DNA of 40,006 nt from a virus, in IMG/VR virus record IMGVR_UViG_3300045988_085556, positions 1 through 40,006 of that record, one strand, 5' to 3'. A program made the translations under genes and the position numbers. Under the pieces are notes generated by a model, which worked only from the letters and a program-made list of their open reading frames with translations, was not told where the DNA came from and searched no databases. Numbering within the stretch: the first letter of the stretch is position 1; each line of letters opens with the position of its first letter. Of the stretch, positions 32,514-40,006 are shown in pieces.

Positions 32514-35225
32514 TTATGTCACCTCTACCGGATTTTGGCGGTACTTTGCATTTTCCAGTGCCCTGTCAAGCGCCCTGGCCAAAAGTTCACCATCCACAAA
32601 GAATCCCATCTTCCCAACGGCAGCGATGAACCTGGTCACTGCACTGTTGACGATGGCTTCCACATCTGCCTTAGATAACCCGCTGCCGCCCGCGGCCCTG
32701 ACCGCTTCATTGACCATAGCCTGCAGTTTGTCTTCCGGCGCCACTATCTCACCGTAATGGCGGTTATCGCCTATCATAGCAAGCTGTGGGGTGTTAGCTT
32801 TCACAAAACCGCCTTGTGCCAGTTTTGGTATCTGCGGCACTTTGATGGACGGGAGCCAGCCAAAAGGCTTCAGTCCCATGATATCAACCTTTTTTAGCCT
32901 TTTAAGAGCTGAGTTTAATCCATCAAAAGGTAGTTTGATAACTTTGTTGATCCCGCTGATCAAGGCATTCACGACTGATTTCAGACCATTTAAGATGCCG
33001 TCCTTGATACCGTCGAATACTTTTCCTCCAGACGAAAAAACATCCTTTACAGCTTTCCATGCTGCTGAAAACTTATCCCTGAACCAATCCGCCACATTGG
33101 AAAAAGTATTTTTGATGCCACTCCAAATACCCGAAAAGAAATTCCCAACGCTGGAGAATGCGCTTTTAATCCCGTCAGATGCAGATGTAAATTTCTGCTT
33201 AAACCAGGAACCCACACTTTTAAAGGTATCAGCAATACCAGACCATAGCCGTAAGAAGAACTCTCCAATCTTTTTCGTTACGGAATCGAACCAGTCTCTA
33301 ATTCCACCCCATATCTCAATAGCTTTAGCACTTATTTCATCCCAATGTCTATATAAGAGAACTCCTATTGCAATTAAAGCACCTATTATTAAGATAATCG
33401 GGTTAAATCCTGCAAGCAATTTGACCAGCGCGTTTTTTAAACCTCCCGCTTTCATAATTGCCAAAGTCATATTAGTTGCAAATTTCCCAACAAACTCATT
33501 TAATCCTGATATTAGCTTTCCGAATTTCCATGCTGCAAAAAAAGAACCAATGACCAGGGTAATATCCTGTACATCTTGTGGGTGTTCTTTACACCAGTCG
33601 CTGAACTTCTGCAGCGCCCCGTTAATCTTGTCCCATACAGACAAAAAGATACCTCCGGCCCAACTTGCAAGCGGCTGCAATACAGTATCCCAAAACCACT
33701 GAAATAACGGCTGCAATGCCTCCAGGATATGGTTAAATGCCTCTATCGCTATGGACAGTGTGTCCAGAAAACGCGGTACTACCTCATTGGCTGTCCATAC
33801 TCCCAACGGCACTAACACGTTTTGCCAAAACCACAGCAACCCTTCCCCTACATTGATGGCGAACGGTGCCAATGCATCCCACAGCCCACGCAGTGCCTCG
33901 TTGATATCATCAAATTTAATGGCCATCAGACCTTCATTCAAAGCATCAACAAATCCAGGGATACCTGTCTGGAAAAGCCAACTAGCCACTTTCCCTAGAA
34001 AACCACTAAAAAAGTCTCCCAGAGCTGTCTGTGTGAATTTCCCGAGCTGTTGTAGTCCTTCGTTCCAAAGCCGTTTAAAGGAATCAATGGTTGGCTGTAT
34101 GTTCCTTTGGATATTTTGGAACATTTTTTGGAATTTGGAATCTAGCTCATCAATTACTGTGTCCCCTTCAGCCAGATTTCCATAATTGATATCCATGCCT
34201 TTTATTGGGATGTTCTCTGCTCCTCCAGTAAGCGAAGCATTTTTATCCTGTAGCTTATTGATCTTATCAAAGCCCATCAGGCTTCTGGATGCCTTCTCCG
34301 CTGCCTTTCCTATGCCATCCGTGGAATCTGTCAGGGAATCGGCTGCACCCGCAGCCGCCGACAAGTCAGACGCTGTATCCTTAAAGCCAGAACCGGCCTC
34401 CACCTTCTTTCCGGTCAGCATTTCTGTGAAGCTCTTAAATGCCGTGGCTACAGTCATCAATTTGGCCAGAAGCTGATTCAACAGCTTCAAAGCGGGCGTC
34501 AATACATTTATGAGCCCCTGGCCCAGCGTAGCCTTTAAGCTGTCAAATTGCAACTTTAGGACACGGACCTGATTTGCCCAGCTATCCGCAGTCCGTGTAA
34601 AATCCCCGGACGCTGCTGTCAGTTGAGACTGCACAAACTGATACCGCAGAGCCACTTTCTCGGCTTCGCTCATGGCCTGTGTGGTCTTGCCCCACCCATT
34701 GGCCATTGCATAGGCGTCCAGGGCATTCTGGGTCATGACAATTCCCAAATCCTTTAATGTCTCAGTCTCACCTGTAAATACGGATTTAAGTTTTGTATAC
34801 GCTTCATCCTGGCTGATATTGTAAAAGGACGCCACGTCCCCAGCCAGACCCGTCAGAGTAGTCCCCATGTCATAGGCCTGCTTCTCGGAAAAGCCAAATG
34901 CCTTGGCCATAGCCCCGAAGGTACCGGTAAACCTTTTTGCCATTGTTTCGGATAAGCCGAAGCTGGCTGCCGCATTCTTGGCGAAAGAATCTACCTGCGC
35001 TGTCATAGACGGGAAGGTGACGTCAACGACGTTCTGGACCTCTGCCAAATCCGAACCAAGTTCAATACAGGACTTACCAAAATCCACAAGTTTTTTGACT
35101 GCGAAGGCAGACGCAAGGGCTACACCTGCCTTTTTTGCCAGGTTTGTGATACCTGACATCTGTTTCTCAAATTGATTTTTATTGACCACCAGGTCAAGCC
35201 CGATCTGGCCTACACTCTGTGCCAT
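32514..35225 (-). CDS. tape measure protein
   Basis: 903 aa, helical/low-complexity with hydrophobic segments, after the chaperone pair. Confidence 0.9.
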   Translation of the reverse strand: MAQSVGQIGLDLVVNKNQFEKQMSGITNLAKKAGVALASAFAVKKLVDFGKSCIELGSDLAEVQNVVDVTFPSMTAQVDSFAKNAAASFGLSETMAKRFTGTFGAMAKAFGFSEKQAYDMGTTLTGLAGDVASFYNISQDEAYTKLKSVFTGETETLKDLGIVMTQNALDAYAMANGWGKTTQAMSEAEKVALRYQFVQSQLTAASGDFTRTADSWANQVRVLKLQFDSLKATLGQGLINVLTPALKLLNQLLAKLMTVATAFKSFTEMLTGKKVEAGSGFKDTASDLSAAAGAADSLTDSTDGIGKAAEKASRSLMGFDKINKLQDKNASLTGGAENIPIKGMDINYGNLAEGDTVIDELDSKFQKMFQNIQRNIQPTIDSFKRLWNEGLQQLGKFTQTALGDFFSGFLGKVASWLFQTGIPGFVDALNEGLMAIKFDDINEALRGLWDALAPFAINVGEGLLWFWQNVLVPLGVWTANEVVPRFLDTLSIAIEAFNHILEALQPLFQWFWDTVLQPLASWAGGIFLSVWDKINGALQKFSDWCKEHPQDVQDITLVIGSFFAAWKFGKLISGLNEFVGKFATNMTLAIMKAGGLKNALVKLLAGFNPIILIIGALIAIGVLLYRHWDEISAKAIEIWGGIRDWFDSVTKKIGEFFLRLWSGIADTFKSVGSWFKQKFTSASDGIKSAFSSVGNFFSGIWSGIKNTFSNVADWFRDKFSAAWKAVKDVFSSGGKVFDGIKDGILNGLKSVVNALISGINKVIKLPFDGLNSALKRLKKVDIMGLKPFGWLPSIKVPQIPKLAQGGFVKANTPQLAMIGDNRHYGEIVAPEDKLQAMVNEAVRAAGGSGLSKADVEAIVNSAVTRFIAAVGKMGFFVDGELLARALDRALENAKYRQNPVEVT

Positions 35226-35549
35226 TTACCCTTGCTCACCTCCCGCTGCATAAATAAGAGCCTGCTTCATGCATTCCAGAAATCCCTCCATATTCTCTTG
35301 AGACATGGCTTTTGCCCTACGTGTCCGCCATTCCATTCTGATGCGCCTCTGCTCCGGGCTAAAATACTCCAAAATTTCCGGGTCATCTTCGGCTCTGATA
35401 GACACAATCCGGCCAAGCGGTGTATCGGGTCCCAGACCAGACAGCATGTCTTTAAATTCATCCCACTTCATTTGATTCAACTCCCGGGATAAACGTAACC
35501 CGTACTGCGTCTGAAAAGATGATATGATAAGTCCAAAATCATCTATCAA
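35226..35549 (-). CDS. tail assembly chaperone, Gp15-like
   Basis: 107 aa, motif …RAEDDPEILEYFSPEQRRIR…; TTG start without a convincing SD. Confidence 0.65.
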   Translation of the reverse strand: MIDDFGLIISSFQTQYGLRLSRELNQMKWDEFKDMLSGLGPDTPLGRIVSIRAEDDPEILEYFSPEQRRIRMEWRTRRAKAMSQENMEGFLECMKQALIYAAGGEQG

Positions 35550-35565
35550 GTCGTAGTACGGGTCA

Positions 35566-35862
35566 TCACTCTCCCGATTCTTCCTCGCCGGTGATCAGGC
35601 CGATGGCCGAAAAGACCAACGTCTGGAAGTCCGAAAACTGCAGTTTCATCTTATCAATCTTCTTACGGTCTGCTTCGCTGAAGATTAGATCATACATCTT
35701 CACTACATCATTGGGCTGCACGTTGTCACCATCTCCCAGGATTCCCATAATCTTCAGGACAGTGGTAGCGTCTGCATTTACTTCCAGCTCTTTACCTTTT
35801 ACAACCAGTTTAGGATTCTCGTCAAAAGCCAGTTTGTCTGTAATGTCAATAGTCTTTGCCAT
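35566..35862 (-). CDS. tail assembly chaperone (acidic C-terminus)
   Basis: 98 aa, between the major tail and Gp15-like genes. Confidence 0.65.
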   Translation of the reverse strand: MAKTIDITDKLAFDENPKLVVKGKELEVNADATTVLKIMGILGDGDNVQPNDVVKMYDLIFSEADRKKIDKMKLQFSDFQTLVFSAIGLITGEEESGE

Positions 35863-36308
35863 TATGCGTCACCTCCTGATGGTAATGTTATCGTTGGTTT
35901 TCCATTGCTCATCACATCAAATTCAAGTGGGCCAACCTCAGTGGATTTACCTGCCCCCGTATTTGTGATGTTATAAACTGCAGCATCCCAGGAGATAATC
36001 GTCCCATCCGGGAATGTCCAGCCGAAATAACCTTCCGCGTCCCGTCCATTCTTAAAAGTCTTATTAAATACATAGTCATTTCCGGTATCCCCGATATTTC
36101 TTTTCCCGGATACAGAAATGGTGATGCTCTTCGCTGTTGCCAGCCTGCGCGCCCATCCTTCCGTATCGAAGGGGTACCATTCTTCTACGCCATTGTCAAA
36201 TTTGACGCCAAATGTTTCCATATCCGCAATAGAGGTTGCCCCTTCTTTGGCATCCCCTACCTGGAACTGGTTTTTATAACAAGGATATACTCCTGTCTTT
36301 CCTGCCAT
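35862..36308 (-). CDS. major tail protein
   Basis: 148 aa, by position and composition. Confidence 0.75.
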   Translation of the reverse strand: MAGKTGVYPCYKNQFQVGDAKEGATSIADMETFGVKFDNGVEEWYPFDTEGWARRLATAKSITISVSGKRNIGDTGNDYVFNKTFKNGRDAEGYFGWTFPDGTIISWDAAVYNITNTGAGKSTEVGPLEFDVMSNGKPTITLPSGGDA

Positions 36309-36316
36309 TTTTCTAC

Positions 36317-36709
36317 CTACCTTTCGTAATACAGTGTCAGCCAGATCACACGCTCATACACGCCGTTATCATCCGTTCCCACGTCAATGGGTTCCGGTGC
36401 ATCCAACTGCAGGTAATCCACGTGTTTTTCGGCAATCTCCAAATCTGTTACATGTAAAAGCTTGTCATACAGGGCCTGGGCTGCCTCCTCTGTCTCATTG
36501 GCATATTTATCCCAATGGATTAAGATAGATACAGCTTTACTGGCCGTCTTTGTATTGTCCAGACCGCCCAGGGCTATATTTGCGCCGCCAGAAATCTGAC
36601 GCTGATAGACACCTATAGACCGCTCTTTTTTATTTTCCAGTTTGCCGATGTAAAAGTGGTTTCCCACTCCCAGCGTCTTGATCCATTCCTTGATATCTGC
36701 AAGTTCCAT
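36317..36709 (-). CDS. tail terminator / head-tail joining protein (SPP1 gp17-like)
   Basis: ATG 36709 (MELADIKEWIK…) lies just after the upstream stop. The long N-terminal extension in the track overlaps the upstream gene. Confidence 0.65.
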   Translation of the reverse strand: MELADIKEWIKTLGVGNHFYIGKLENKKERSIGVYQRQISGGANIALGGLDNTKTASKAVSILIHWDKYANETEEAAQALYDKLLHVTDLEIAEKHVDYLQLDAPEPIDVGTDDNGVYERVIWLTLYYER

Positions 36710-36710
36710 A

Positions 36711-37094
36711 TCACACCCCCGTAATCCTTTTATATATCTGCTTATATGCCTTCTGGCAGTCCTCGTCCTTACTTCCTCCAGGCATCCAGTCTTTGAACCA
36801 TTCACCACGTGCATGAGGGTTTTCTTTCGTTTGGAAATTATACTCTGGGTGGTAATACAGACGCCTGGCATAGGGTTGTGTAGACACAATGGAGACTTTC
36901 CCGGACTTACTTTCCGAATAATCAGCAAAAGTGCTGTCATTCTGGAGCGTACCTTTGTCAAACGGCATCACCTGAGCCTGTACCACCTCTGTATGCAGGT
37001 ACTCTGCCGTTTGCTCAAGGGCTGTTACCTGTGCGTCTGTAAGAGCCTGTATACGGCCCCAGTCCATTTTTATGATGGAATTAACATTAATCAT
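36711..37094 (-). CDS. head-tail joining protein (HK97 gp10 / minor capsid-like)
   Basis: PYARRLYYHPEYNF… motif, position. Confidence 0.65.
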   Translation of the reverse strand: MINVNSIIKMDWGRIQALTDAQVTALEQTAEYLHTEVVQAQVMPFDKGTLQNDSTFADYSESKSGKVSIVSTQPYARRLYYHPEYNFQTKENPHARGEWFKDWMPGGSKDEDCQKAYKQIYKRITGV

Positions 37095-37435
37095 ACGATA
37101 TCCAACCTCGTGTAGTTTACGCTGCCATCCGGGTTCCTGGCTTTCATGCCCTGGAGGATGTTCCGGGTCTCCCCGAATACTGTGACTGTACCGCCGGAGA
37201 TAACGGCTACCCCCGGTGCGATATCCCCCCGAAAGAGAGCTGTCGCGGAAAGCTGTATATATTTCTGTTCTTTATCAATTACAGTCTTCGCACTGTCCTG
37301 ATAATTGCAGCGCAGGTCTCCCTCAAAAGCCACCTCTGGACCGCCATTCTCATTCAGTCCTTCGCTGTATATAGTTACATGGATGTCTGTCGTACAAGCC
37401 CATTCAGGCACCAAACATGGATACATAGATATCAC
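37091..37435 (-). CDS. head closure / head-tail adaptor protein
   Basis: position; 4-nt overlaps with both neighbours. Confidence 0.6.
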   Translation of the reverse strand: MISMYPCLVPEWACTTDIHVTIYSEGLNENGGPEVAFEGDLRCNYQDSAKTVIDKEQKYIQLSATALFRGDIAPGVAVISGGTVTVFGETRNILQGMKARNPDGSVNYTRLDIV

Positions 37436-37824
37436 CTCAACAATCTGCAGCAGAAGCCTGTCTGGCAGAGCTGCTCATAGACGTCACGCCGCATGGGAAT
37501 GCCCTTGTTCGTTGTTACGTTCCAGGATTCCCCAAACTGCATGGACACCCCATTGATACTGTATCCTTGCAGGATCATGTCGAAGATTTCCCGGTTCTGA
37601 TACTCAAAATCTGCCTGCTGACAGCACACCTCCTGTATAATTTCTTGCTGGAAGGGCGTTAAACTGGAAAATCCCCGGCCTACAATACGATTGTAGGTCA
37701 GGGAATCAATATGCCTGGACGCCTGTTTCAAATACCGTTCCCGGTCAGCATCCGACAGCAGGCTGCCGTTGTAGATATCCGTGTAATACGCAGAGTCTGC
37801 ATATGGAGTGTACATATCACTCAC
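37432..37824 (-). CDS. head-tail connector (gp6/gp15-like)
   Basis: 130 aa, by position. Confidence 0.6.
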   Translation of the reverse strand: MSDMYTPYADSAYYTDIYNGSLLSDADRERYLKQASRHIDSLTYNRIVGRGFSSLTPFQQEIIQEVCCQQADFEYQNREIFDMILQGYSINGVSMQFGESWNVTTNKGIPMRRDVYEQLCQTGFCCRLLR

Positions 37825-38101
37825 CGGCTTTCTTTGCTGGTTTCTTTTCAGCCTTCAAGGTTTCCAGCTCCTTCTGCAGGTCAGATTTCTCTTCCTGCAG
37901 ATTTGCGCATAACTTCTGCAGGCGTTCGATCTCTTTCACCGCTTTCATATGGTCATCATAGGGCACGGTTTTTCCCCGGCCATAAGCGATCACTTCCCCA
38001 TCATCATTCAGGATATCGAAGCCAGAATCCTGGTAAAACTTCTTCTGCGTCTCGTCAATGGTGTATTCTTTATTTCCCTTTGTAGCTCTCATATCATGCA
38101 C
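37817..38101 (-). CDS. hypothetical 94-aa coiled-coil protein after the capsid gene
   Basis: ORF with a C-terminal coiled coil and Lys-rich tail. Confidence 0.6.
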   Translation of the reverse strand: MHDMRATKGNKEYTIDETQKKFYQDSGFDILNDDGEVIAYGRGKTVPYDDHMKAVKEIERLQKLCANLQEEKSDLQKELETLKAEKKPAKKAGE

Positions 38102-38984
38102 CTGCCTCTACATTCATTGCGCAACCTTCTACTTTCTTTTCTAACAGGAAAAGATCTCCATAGTTGCGATTCTGATACAGATATCCGTCCGCAGTACGGC
38201 TGTCAGTCCCGGGTGTAAACAGTTTGATATAGCTGTACTTATCGCGGCACACCACACAAGAAGTATGAATCAGAATCCAGTTAATCTGTTTTGCGTCAGA
38301 AGCCGCCACGCAGCCTTCCGTGAAATCATACTTTGTCTTCATCCTGGCCGCCGGTACCATCTTAATTGTCACGTCATCCAGACTATGCACTTTACGGTTG
38401 ATGGTGGACGGGGATGTGACTGTCATCACTCTCTGGAGACCTTCGGCCTCTTTCACGATCTTATTCATGGTTGGCGTCACATACAGGATGCGCCCTTCTT
38501 CCGGCACACCGGCCTCATCCATACGGGCCATCTCTTCGTCAAATGCCTCCAGGAAATTTGACGCTGTAATAACCGTTGTATCGATCCGCCCAGAATATGT
38601 AGTCAATTCTGTATGAAGCTTGCTAAAGCGGTAAGAATCTTTCTCCGGGATCGCCTGCTCCGTCTCGAAGGTGTTCTGGATATTAGCCACAGACAGCGTC
38701 AAGTTCGTCTCGTCGATGTCCATCGGATCAATCCAAAATTCCACATCCCTATCGTGTTCCAGTTTCTTTGCCTCCCAGTCATTGTTCATGGTACCTGCAT
38801 TGAAACCAGGTGTCCGGGTATGGTCCTTGTACCCAGATACTGTCATTCTAGGAAGTTTGATTGTCTGGGCATTAATAAATTTTACTCCCAGATTACTCTG
38901 TGCCAGTGCATCAGAGCACAGTTCCTTTGCATATTTCTGCTGCAGGAGCTGCGTAAACGTTGTTGCATAATCATATATTGCCAT
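38094..38984 (-). CDS. major capsid protein
   Basis: 296 aa, follows the scaffold gene. Confidence 0.85.
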   Translation of the reverse strand: MAIYDYATTFTQLLQQKYAKELCSDALAQSNLGVKFINAQTIKLPRMTVSGYKDHTRTPGFNAGTMNNDWEAKKLEHDRDVEFWIDPMDIDETNLTLSVANIQNTFETEQAIPEKDSYRFSKLHTELTTYSGRIDTTVITASNFLEAFDEEMARMDEAGVPEEGRILYVTPTMNKIVKEAEGLQRVMTVTSPSTINRKVHSLDDVTIKMVPAARMKTKYDFTEGCVAASDAKQINWILIHTSCVVCRDKYSYIKLFTPGTDSRTADGYLYQNRNYGDLFLLEKKVEGCAMNVEAGA

Positions 38985-39003
38985 GTATTATTTCCTCTCT
39001 TTC

Positions 39004-39639
39004 TTAAAGTCCGAACGCTCTCTTTAAAGCGTCGCTATTTGTTTGCTGTTGACCCGCCTGGCCGGAAGCCCCTACCTGTACAAAGCCTGTCTGACCTGCT
39101 GGTGCAGGTTTTAATGCCGGGATGTCTTCAAGCACTTTGTTTAGTGCATTTTTAAGTGTCTCTTCGTTGATTTTCCCGTCCTGTCCCATAACCTGGCTTA
39201 GATCCGCCATTTTAAGGACATATGGGATAGTCTTTGCGTCAATCCCCAGACCAACCGCTGCCATAGTGGCGGCTGCCTGTACCTGTGCCTGCTGTGCTGC
39301 CGCCTGGGCCTGCGCTGCCTGTGTCTGCAGTGCATTTACATCCGGCTGCTGGGACGCTTTCTGAGACTTAAATGCTGCAATAGCCTGTTTCATTTCATCT
39401 TCTGACAATCCCTGCTGCTTAAAATATGCTTTCAGGGCGGTGTCCTCTTTCGCCGCCAGCGTACCTTCCAGCATTGTCTGGATTTTATCGTAATCAATCT
39501 GTGGCGCTGCGGGTGGCTGCGTTCCTGCCTGCTGTCCATCTCCTGTGCCTCCTGCTCCTGCGCCGCCCCCGTCTCCTGCTCCAGGCTCTGCGAAAAACTG
39601 TAAATCCATAGGCAACAAACATCTAAATTTCTTAAACAT
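39004..39639 (-). CDS. scaffolding protein (DUF4355-like)
   Basis: SD AAAGGAG before ATG 39639; N-terminal …MDLQFFAE…; Ala/Gln-rich helical body. Confidence 0.8.
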   Translation of the reverse strand: MFKKFRCLLPMDLQFFAEPGAGDGGGAGAGGTGDGQQAGTQPPAAPQIDYDKIQTMLEGTLAAKEDTALKAYFKQQGLSEDEMKQAIAAFKSQKASQQPDVNALQTQAAQAQAAAQQAQVQAAATMAAVGLGIDAKTIPYVLKMADLSQVMGQDGKINEETLKNALNKVLEDIPALKPAPAGQTGFVQVGASGQAGQQQTNSDALKRAFGL

Positions 39640-39737
39640 GTAATTTCTCCTTTCCATTTTGAGAGTGTCGCTCTATAAAATCCATTGTCATCGGTGTCAC
39701 CGGCCACGCACCTTTTTAAGCCATATCGTGTTTGGGC

Positions 39738-39766
39738 ACAAAAATAAGACGCGTCACCCTGCGTCT
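39738..39766 (-). terminator. terminator-like hairpin T2 in the scaffold leader
   Basis: On the minus strand, AGACGC-AGGGUGAC-GCGUCU followed by UAUUUUU. Confidence 0.5.
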
Positions 39767-39795
39767 CAAGGGGAGATAATCGGATCACCTCCTCC

Positions 39796-39840
39796 CTATC
39801 TTCCTTTGCCTTTCTTTCCGCCTTTTCCTTTGCAAGCCAT
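39796..39840 (-). CDS. possible 14-aa Lys/Gly-rich leader peptide MACKGKGGKKGKGR
   Basis: strong SD GAAGGAGGTGA 6 nt before ATG 39840; lies between two terminator hairpins. Confidence 0.3.
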   Translation of the reverse strand: MACKGKGGKKGKGR

Positions 39841-39857
39841 GCTTCTCACCTCCTTCG

Positions 39858-39871
39858 TTGCGCCGGCGCAA
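39858..39871. repeat. 14-bp perfect palindrome TTGCGCCGGCGCAA, copy 2
   Basis: identical to 24880-24893. Confidence 0.9.
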
Positions 39872-39906
39872 TAAAAATACCACCGGCCATTTCTGACTGG
39901 TGGTAT
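39870..39906 (-). terminator. rho-independent terminator T1 after the 89-aa gene
   Basis: On the minus strand, AUACCACC…GGUGGUAU (8 bp) followed by UUUUUAUU. Confidence 0.65.
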
Positions 39907-40006
39907 CATTTTTTTTGCTTCACTTCTTCTGACAATCTCTTAAAGATATCTTTGCACTGATGCTCAAAAGCCTCTTTCTCTTCCTTGGCATACTCCCTTG
40001 GATGAA
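39906..40006 (-). CDS. 3' end (duplicate copy) of the same 89-aa junction-spanning gene, including its stop codon
   Basis: same sequence as 1-99 plus TGA completed at 39906-39908. Confidence 0.6.
   Translation of the reverse strand, partial: HPREYAKEEKEAFEHQCKDIFKRLSEEVKQKK
39908..40006. repeat. terminal overlap, copy 2 (identical to 1-99)
   Basis: direct comparison of both window ends. Confidence 0.95.

Larger units (their letters stand above)
1..39907. mobile_element. complete circular temperate phage genome (siphovirus-type gene order)
   Basis: 39908-40006 is an exact copy of 1-99, so the contig closes on itself. Packaging, head, tail, lysis, lysogeny (integrase, attP, repressor) and replication modules are all present. 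Confidence 0.85.

Noticed and set aside
32047-34476. Series of plus-strand ORFs (236, 303, 144 and 96 aa) opposite the Tal and tape-measure genes
   Set aside because: They are Ser/Pro/Phe-rich and low-complexity with no SDs, and lie antisense to long, confidently assigned structural genes. They are shadow ORFs.
36710-36961. N-terminal 84-aa extension of the tail-terminator ORF (track ORF 36317..36961)
   Set aside because: The extension overlaps the upstream gp10-like gene almost completely and has an Arg/Cys-rich nonsense-like sequence. The ATG at 36709, right after the upstream stop, gives a normal protein.
39432-39788. 118-aa minus-strand ORF overlapping the scaffold gene in another frame
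   Set aside because: Its GTG start lies inside the SD-like sequence itself (zero spacing), it reads through the T2 terminator, and it overlaps the scaffold gene out of frame.

Overview
The window is one complete, circularly closed genome (unit length 39,907 bp; bases 39908-40006 repeat bases 1-99 exactly) of a temperate siphovirus-type phage. The host looks like a low/medium-GC Gram-positive, probably Clostridia-like, judged from the cell-wall-binding repeats in the endolysin and an attP that mimics a tRNA-Lys. About 85% of genes are on the minus strand. Read leftwards from the cro-like gene (18491), the order is: small early and accessory genes; a recombination module (Rad52/Sak-like annealase, HNHc-like protein, HNH, RusA); a replication module (replisome organizer, DnaC-like loader, MazG); many tiny overlapping ORFs; a sigma-region-4-like late activator; an unusual 0.8-kb ORF-free helix-rich region; then TerS, TerL, portal and a MuF head-morphogenesis protein fused to an ADP-ribosyltransferase toxin domain. 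An 89-aa gene follows that crosses the circular junction and is missing from the ORF track. Next come a double-terminator leader, scaffold, major capsid, connectors, major tail, chaperones, tape measure, Dit/Tal, a tail lysozyme, three collagen-like fibre genes with XkdW/XkdX-like genes, XhlA, holin, an unknown 133-aa gene, the endolysin and a Rha-type regulator. The plus strand carries an ImmR/ImmA-type lysogeny module, an OB-fold membrane protein, a 28-aa Hol-Tox-like peptide, the tyrosine integrase and attP (3' half of tRNA-Lys(UUU) flanked by arm repeats). It also carries four morons, each with its own TTGNNN-17-TATAAT promoter. The most intriguing items are: (1) the 6108-6907 non-coding region ending in a 68-nt tRNA-shaped element, a candidate large structured RNA or antitermination leader; (2) several intrinsic terminators inside the late operon, two of them followed by the same 14-bp GC palindrome; (3) a recombination hotspot marked by three copies of a cro-3'-end/SD junction, carrying an HExxH protein and tiny membrane peptides; (4) the MuF-ART toxin with its putative immunity gene. 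All family assignments come from motif recognition by eye. No database search was run.
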